Below, in pieces: positions 58,005 to 64,000 of a DNA stretch of 64,000 bases (positions within the stretch are counted from its first letter, which is position 1; each line of letters starts with the position of its first letter). The position numbers and the translations under genes were made by a program. This DNA is from Saccostrea cucullata (taxonomy: Eukaryota): assembly GCF_032062105.1 (NCBI RefSeq), contig NW_026939565.1, positions 744,001 to 808,000 of the forward strand, written 5' to 3'. The notes under the pieces were generated by a model, which saw nothing but the letters and a program-made list of their open reading frames with translations, ran no database searches and was not told the DNA's origin.

Positions 58005-58335
58005 TAATGGTAATTCCAACTTTAAAGCTGGAAATAAAAATTTCAAAGTTTATGGTAATTCCAACTTCAGTCTTTGTTCTTCCAACGTTTAAGTCGGAAA
58101 TTCTAAATTTACAGTGGAAAATGCTAAACTGTAATCTTTGATCTAAAGTTGGAATTATCAATGTTTCTTTAAAGATGGAATAGAATAACCAACTTTATAT
58201 TTGGCAATTCCTTCTTTTAATCTTTGCCTTTCCATCTAAAAAGATTGAAATTCCAACTTAAAAGCTGGTAATTCCACTTGAGAATTGTCTATTATCTTAG
58301 CTTACAAGTTGGCTTTTCCAAATTTGTGACTCCAA
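58005..58335. repeat. Degenerate repeat region built of aattccaactt / aagttggaatt motifs
   Basis: The motif recurs several times in both orientations. Confidence 0.5.
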
Positions 58336-58754
58336 TTTGTAGGTCAGATGACACGTTTCTTGAAATATATTATCTTTCCTAAGAATTTTCCATCACAAAA
58401 AATTGAAGTACTTTACCAGGCATTTGTGCAAGATCACAGAGGTGTCTTTTATGTAACTCCATTGGTAACCTCCAGAACTGATAATATAAAAATCGAAGAA
58501 CAGTACATATATTTATTTTTAGGGCATTCAAAATCTCAAAAGAACTGTTTTAAAATATGAAGAGATTTAATACAGAACTGATATTCGAAGACGTGTTGTC
58601 TGACCGTATTCATGGCTTTTCCAACTTTGAGCTTTTTCAGCCCTTACCCATAGCATGTCCTTTAATTTGAATTAATCCCAACGAAACTGTAAGCAATAAA
58701 TTTGTGTCAATTTATTTTACCATGACCTTCCCTTTGATCTTGTATATAACCTCC

Positions 58755-58872
58755 TCGATCTCGTCTGAAGAACCGCTCTCCATGTCCCGCAGTGGATTCG
58801 AGCCAACGACGCAGAGGTCTTACTTCTCGAGTCTAGAGCAAACGCTCTCACCACAGCTCTACACAGGCTACT
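58755..58872 (-). mobile_element. tRNA-derived SINE-like head
   Basis: Minus strand gcctgtgtagagctgtggtgagagcg...ggctcgaatccactgcggga has A-box- and B-box-like spacing but no clean cloverleaf. Confidence 0.4.
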
Positions 58873-59583
58873 GGAGAGATTATGACACGGTGATATTTCA
58901 GAACTATGATCCATCGTCAAGGTGAAAGGGATTTATGAAAGCAAAGTAAATTTTGTCATGTCCATAACTTTGATATGAAAACTTATACGAAAGCAGTTCG
59001 TTTCCAGAAATAAGATTTTAAACTTGTTTGAAAAAAAAATACATAATGTAATGAAAGAAAATGAAAAATACTTAGTACTGAACGGCATATTTCTTTTCTT
59101 TTGAATCGATACTCATGACGTCATCAACAGTTCACTGATGGCTATTAAATACTTTAAAAATGGTATTGTCGTCTCCTGTGTAGAATTAATTTGTATGGAC
59201 ACAGTAAGTTAAATCGTCAAACAAACAGGCTTGATCAAAGTTAACACCGTTTGGAATCTTATGAAGTTTAAAGAGATAAGACAATGTTAGAATCAGGGAT
59301 TTTTGGGGTATAAGTAAACAAAACCCATGTAAAGTACAATTGACATGGCATAATATTGAACTATTATTGATCATATGAATGACAATGTACCACCAAGTAC
59401 GAAACTACACTTTGCAGACCCTTTTTTTACATTTCAACGAGCATTGTGCACTCCTTAGGACATATACTAAACTTCATGTGATGTATGATATTTATATGTT
59501 TCCCGTTGGTTATTTTAAGTACTATAAAAATATCATACCTTTTTAATAATTTTCAAAACTGTCGATTTTGTTTATTTTTCCAG

Positions 59584-62500
59584 GTTTGGTTTCCATGCAC
59601 TTCTTTACTATGCAATAATTCTGAAAATAGTCAGCTCAGGTAATGGATTGCAATTGTGAGATGAAGCTGGAAGATCCTTTCTACCAAATGTAATTATGAA
59701 CGATTCATTTTCTGTTTGCTTTCAGATCCTCAGAGCTGGATTGATATTGACGCGGAAAAGGAAGTGAGAGCTGGGAAAGATGATTTGATACTCATATGCC
59801 GAGTACCAATAGGGCGACTGTCAGAAATCAACAGGAATTTTAACATCCAGTTGAACAAGAAAGATCTAAACGGACAAAACGAAAAATCACTGGTATCTAT
59901 TGACTATGACGTCATAAAATGGAAGGATGAGGGGTTCGGTCGAAGACCCGGGGTTAAAGTGACGGGGCTGGTGAAAGTGCTGGGTATCCCAGGGCTATCC
60001 CTTGTGATAGACAGAAATGAGATCGGGTGTGGGAGGGACTCTGGGGTCTACTTCTGTGCCATGACAGCCATTAAAAAGGATCTCAGTGTGGTTGCCAATG
60101 CTAGAAGTGAAGAATTAACGATTGTGGTTACAAGTATGTACTTCTATATTTCTACAATTAAACTGTGACTATAGAAATAGAACAGAACATATACATAACA
60201 GTTGATTAACTAAATCTATTATTTAATTTTTTAAAAACAGTTCTGAAAAGTGATTAAAAAAACCAATGTTCCTCAGAAAATTGTCGGTAATTAGAAAATC
60301 TCTAGAAAATGGCATGATTTGAGAATCTTTCGTCATTTCTTGAACCCTTTAGAGAGAAAACCCTTAACGTTTAAACAATGGGATTTCTTGGTTTCCTGAC
60401 GTACATAACTACATGAACGTTTAAACTACAATATATTTCTTCAGGTGCAGATGTTTCAAAAATCCCTTTTAAGTGCCTTATTACAGAGGTAGAAAAACAT
60501 ATTAATTACTTTTATCATTTTGACAGAACCACCAGAAAACCTGGGACCTATTTTATTTCGTGACAGTAATGGGTTGGAATTACCATCACGGAATTTTTCC
60601 GAGGGCACGAGTATTGTTCTGTATTGTGCAGGAGATGCTTACCTTAATTCTGTAAGAAAAAATACATTTGTTAGCTTTTTAGGGATTTTTTCTAATTAAA
60701 AAGTAATCTCAAGGCTTTTTTTAAAAGTAATTATATGTACGAATTTATTTCATCATTTTTATTATTTTTCACCAAAGTTCTTTACGTAACAGTGCCATTC
60801 GTGTTACATAGTTCATTTTTAATCTTTATTTCTTACTTTGCAAAATTAATCCCCATTTATATCACGTGCTTTATGAAATCAGTAATAATACCTTCATCAA
60901 GATTCACTTAATTTGATATTGAATATAGGGAATAAGATGGTGTATCAAGCGAGAAAAAGACACAACTTTTGCAGTCATTCATGACAACACAACAACAAGG
61001 TCGATGTCCCATAATGGTTATCATTACAAACAACACAGTTCTCTATCACTGGAAGTAACATCGGATGACTCGAATACGGAAGTGCTATGTGAATCCGGAT
61101 ACGAAACTCTTTGTGGAACCGGAACGGCGAACGTCACTTCTTCTTTTATGTTCTGTTAGTAGCATTAAATAAATTTGAAGTATAATGCATTTTATAATCG
61201 TGTAACATTTTTTATTATTATACTTTCATGTTAAATACTAAAATCTGATTGGTTTACACGCAGTTAACAATCCGTTCGATTACCCTGAGCCTTAGCAACA
61301 CATATGACAACGGGTAACACAACGGTAATGTCACATGCGTGGAAATTATGCGCGCACGGTTCACCGTAGAATTCTCAAAACATCAGTTGCGCGTTTGAAA
61401 GAACCGGAATTAACTTGACATCAATAAAAGCTTGCGTCCGATATAGCTTACTTGAAAACAACAAACGACAGACGATACATACTTGCGAGCCAGAAATAAC
61501 GAAACTTTATATGATAAATGACTCTAATTCGAGTATCAAACAAACAATAAGGAGGTTAGTGAACCGGTGAGTGTGAAAGCTTTCTATACATGAACGTAAA
61601 GACGATCGAAGGTATTTTTTTTGCTGACGTCCTAAATCAATAAGACATTCAGTATAATAAAATAAATGGTGCCTGTTTTGGAGGGTAACATTTGAAATTG
61701 ACACCCCTCGGAAAAATTTCAAAATACGCGTCGGTTGAAAATGGTTTTTTATAATTTCAAATGTTACCCTCCAAAACAGGCACCATTTATATAATGTACA
61801 TGTACATTCTGTAGAAAAAAATTATATACAATTTGTGGCATATCTTCTTTTTCTAGACTCATCATATGAAACATCCACAACAAATGTCGATGACACATAT
61901 TCAACATTTAATGGTCATGCAACTTTGAATGAATTGACCACGGAGAGCACACCAAACGAACCATCTTCTCTGCAAAATAGATACTCCTCGTCACCCTTTA
62001 CAACTGAAGAATTTTCTTCTACTGATGAATCACTTAAGTCTACAAACATGTTCGTTCAAAAGTTTTCAAATTCATCCACAGAGTCCTCCAACACGATACA
62101 AATGTCATCCGTTAAAGCGCTTACACCTGATGAAACTGATGTGCTCTCTACCACCGCTTCTCCTGACATTAGAACTGAAGGGTTCTCTACCTCTACCCCG
62201 CCTGCCTATAAAACAACCGCAGTCCCTTATTCTTCGACCCTCCTCAGTAAAACTATTTCAACAGACGAAACCACAGAATCGATCATAAACAGACAAAGTA
62301 CTTTATACATGCGAGAAAATATAACCGACGGAACCAAAAATACAACACGATCTCCTTTATCGGGAGCAACTTTAGAGTTTCATTCAAGTGAACCGTTTCC
62401 AACCAAAATTTCTACAGAAGAAATGCTTACTACAGATATTGAAAAAACAATCAAAACTTCGTCCTTTACTAATTGGGAAACCACGGTCCATGTGGACAAT

Positions 62501-63922
62501 TTTACAGAAATTACTGTAGATTTAGAGAATAAAACGCAAAACAGCGTAGTTTACGTCGAAACAACTACCTATAATGGAACCAATTCAAACACAACATCAG
62601 GTTCAGAACCTAAACTTTTCGACACAACTACTGAAAAGATCTCTTTAAATTCGAAACACGCACAAACCACGGAGAATGAATATTCAACTACAGACACTTT
62701 TACGCAGGAATCAGCACAAATCAGCATTTTAAAACCGAATTTTCAGGATGGCCAAAGCACTCAATCGGTGCTACATTCTACGGTCAACAATGGCAAGAAA
62801 TACACTGAAATCACACCATCAAATAACATCGAAGTTTTTAACTCCAGCGTCTTTTCTTTGCTATTCTTAACAACCATGCCTGTGGATGCGAAAGTACCGT
62901 ACAGAACAGACAAAAGTACATTATTGACAGATTCTACTAATACAAAAATGTTCTCTTCGTCCGTTTCTAGTACTGCTTATAGTACATCAGCTATATCTAA
63001 ACCCATCCAGAGTACGGACTCATCGGGAAGGACAACAGAGATAGATCAAACTAGTACAATTCCAAGAAGAACACAGGAAATTGACCGTATAACCTCTTCA
63101 TTTATGCCAGTCACAAATACCTCAGCTTTAACTGCAATGGTAGCTTCTGCTGTTTCAGGTGATCACAAGACTAGTGGAATAAACGCACCTTTTACCGGTC
63201 GACCTACATTTCAAAGCAATTCAGTACAGCCTCTTACAACGTCGATGACCTTGACGACCCGTTTTCGAAACGGAATCCAGCGTAAAACACCAACAGTTAC
63301 TTCTTCAATAAAAACATCCAAAAAGACAAATCCAATCCATTTGATTATGACGACATCGAAAACAAGAAGACCCAGGCCTAATAAACATCCGATACACCAA
63401 AGTACGAATTTTCCAAGGCAAACGGCGAAGACAAGAAGACCTAAACAACCAAACAGAACAACCAACGTGCCATATGGCCTCATGACGAGCACAGCACCAT
63501 CTAAAACTACGGACATTCCCGCAAAATGGCGCACGATTCAGTTGACGGTTATGACTGCCATGTCGGTGACTGTTGTTGTAACCATGGCGATAGGATTAGG
63601 ACTGATTTGGAAAGCAAAGTTACAGATAGCTGCTATAAAAATTAAACCTTCTTTGGTCCATGTGTAGTTCTTAGATTTGGCTTCCAATTAAAGCATGTAA
63701 AAATGTGTGGTGGTTTATTTTGCTGTGGACTTGTTTTAAAATACCGGGTATTATTCTCTATATTTAAAAAAAAAGATTTTTTAAAAATTGTTTATGACAA
63801 CTGTCATTTGAAAATTCTAAAAATAGTTATTTGACAGTATAATCGAATGATTTCAATGCGTATCAAACTATGAATCTACTTTGCAGGATTTTGTGGTTAT
63901 TCCTAAATGGAACATCACCTAA
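59584..63922 (+). CDS. Type I membrane protein: two Ig-like domains, ~560-aa Ser/Thr mucin stalk, TM, short tail (start exon unresolved)
   Basis: Exons 59584-59639, 59726-60133, 60527-60651, 60929-61154, and 61857-~63660 (or reading through to the stop at 63667), with a possible last exon at 63887-63922. Ig motifs LILIC..DSGVYFC and IVLYC..IRW..TEVLC; TM LTVMTAMSVTVVVTMAIGLGLIW. Confidence 0.82.
61216..61795. mobile_element. Hairpin-ended non-autonomous element in an intron of the Ig-mucin gene
   Basis: ctgattggt near one end; 38-bp perfect inverted arms ataaatggtgcctgttttggagggtaacatttgaaatt spanning ~61662-61790. Confidence 0.65.
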
Positions 63923-64000
63923 CCTCACCTATCCTCTCCGTGTCCGTGGGCACATAAGACCCCAATACACTGCCTACACCTGCCTCTGTCTTTGTCTACT

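Noticed and set aside
62025-63534. Overlapping and antisense ORFs (62025-62288, 63211-63534; likewise 10024-10537, 16046-16264, 39796-40002)
   Set aside because: Shadow frames of real exons, with no independent motifs.

Overview
AT-rich, intron-rich animal genomic DNA, most likely from an oyster (Ostreidae). The taxon is inferred from ~166-bp satellite-bearing Helentron-type elements, oyster-style TLR and Penelope sequences, and abundant TACATGTA. Eight protein-coding loci were assembled by hand from splice sites: a secreted ML/NPC2-MD-2-type lipid-recognition protein (+), an uncharacterised coiled-coil/RPxSA-motif protein (-), PDCD6/ALG-2 (+), ADCK5 (-), a Toll-like receptor with a single coding exon (+), a 12-Cys secreted peptide (+), apolipoprotein D (-) and an Ig-Ig-mucin type I membrane protein (+). 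Main observations: (1) PDCD6 and ADCK5, which are tail-to-tail neighbours, each carry a tandemly duplicated, apparently mutually exclusive exon pair. (2) The TLR has a single in-frame TAA at codon 30 of an otherwise intact 832-codon frame. (3) The cysteine peptide has a helical-hairpin cysteine spacing. (4) A tRNA-like sequence sits inside a TG..CA solo LTR with a 4-bp TSD. (5) One satellite monomer shows TACATGTA arising de novo by an inverted micro-insertion. (6) The uncharacterised gene has a GC-AG intron and a missing splice acceptor. All gene models are manual and unverified by transcripts or database searches.
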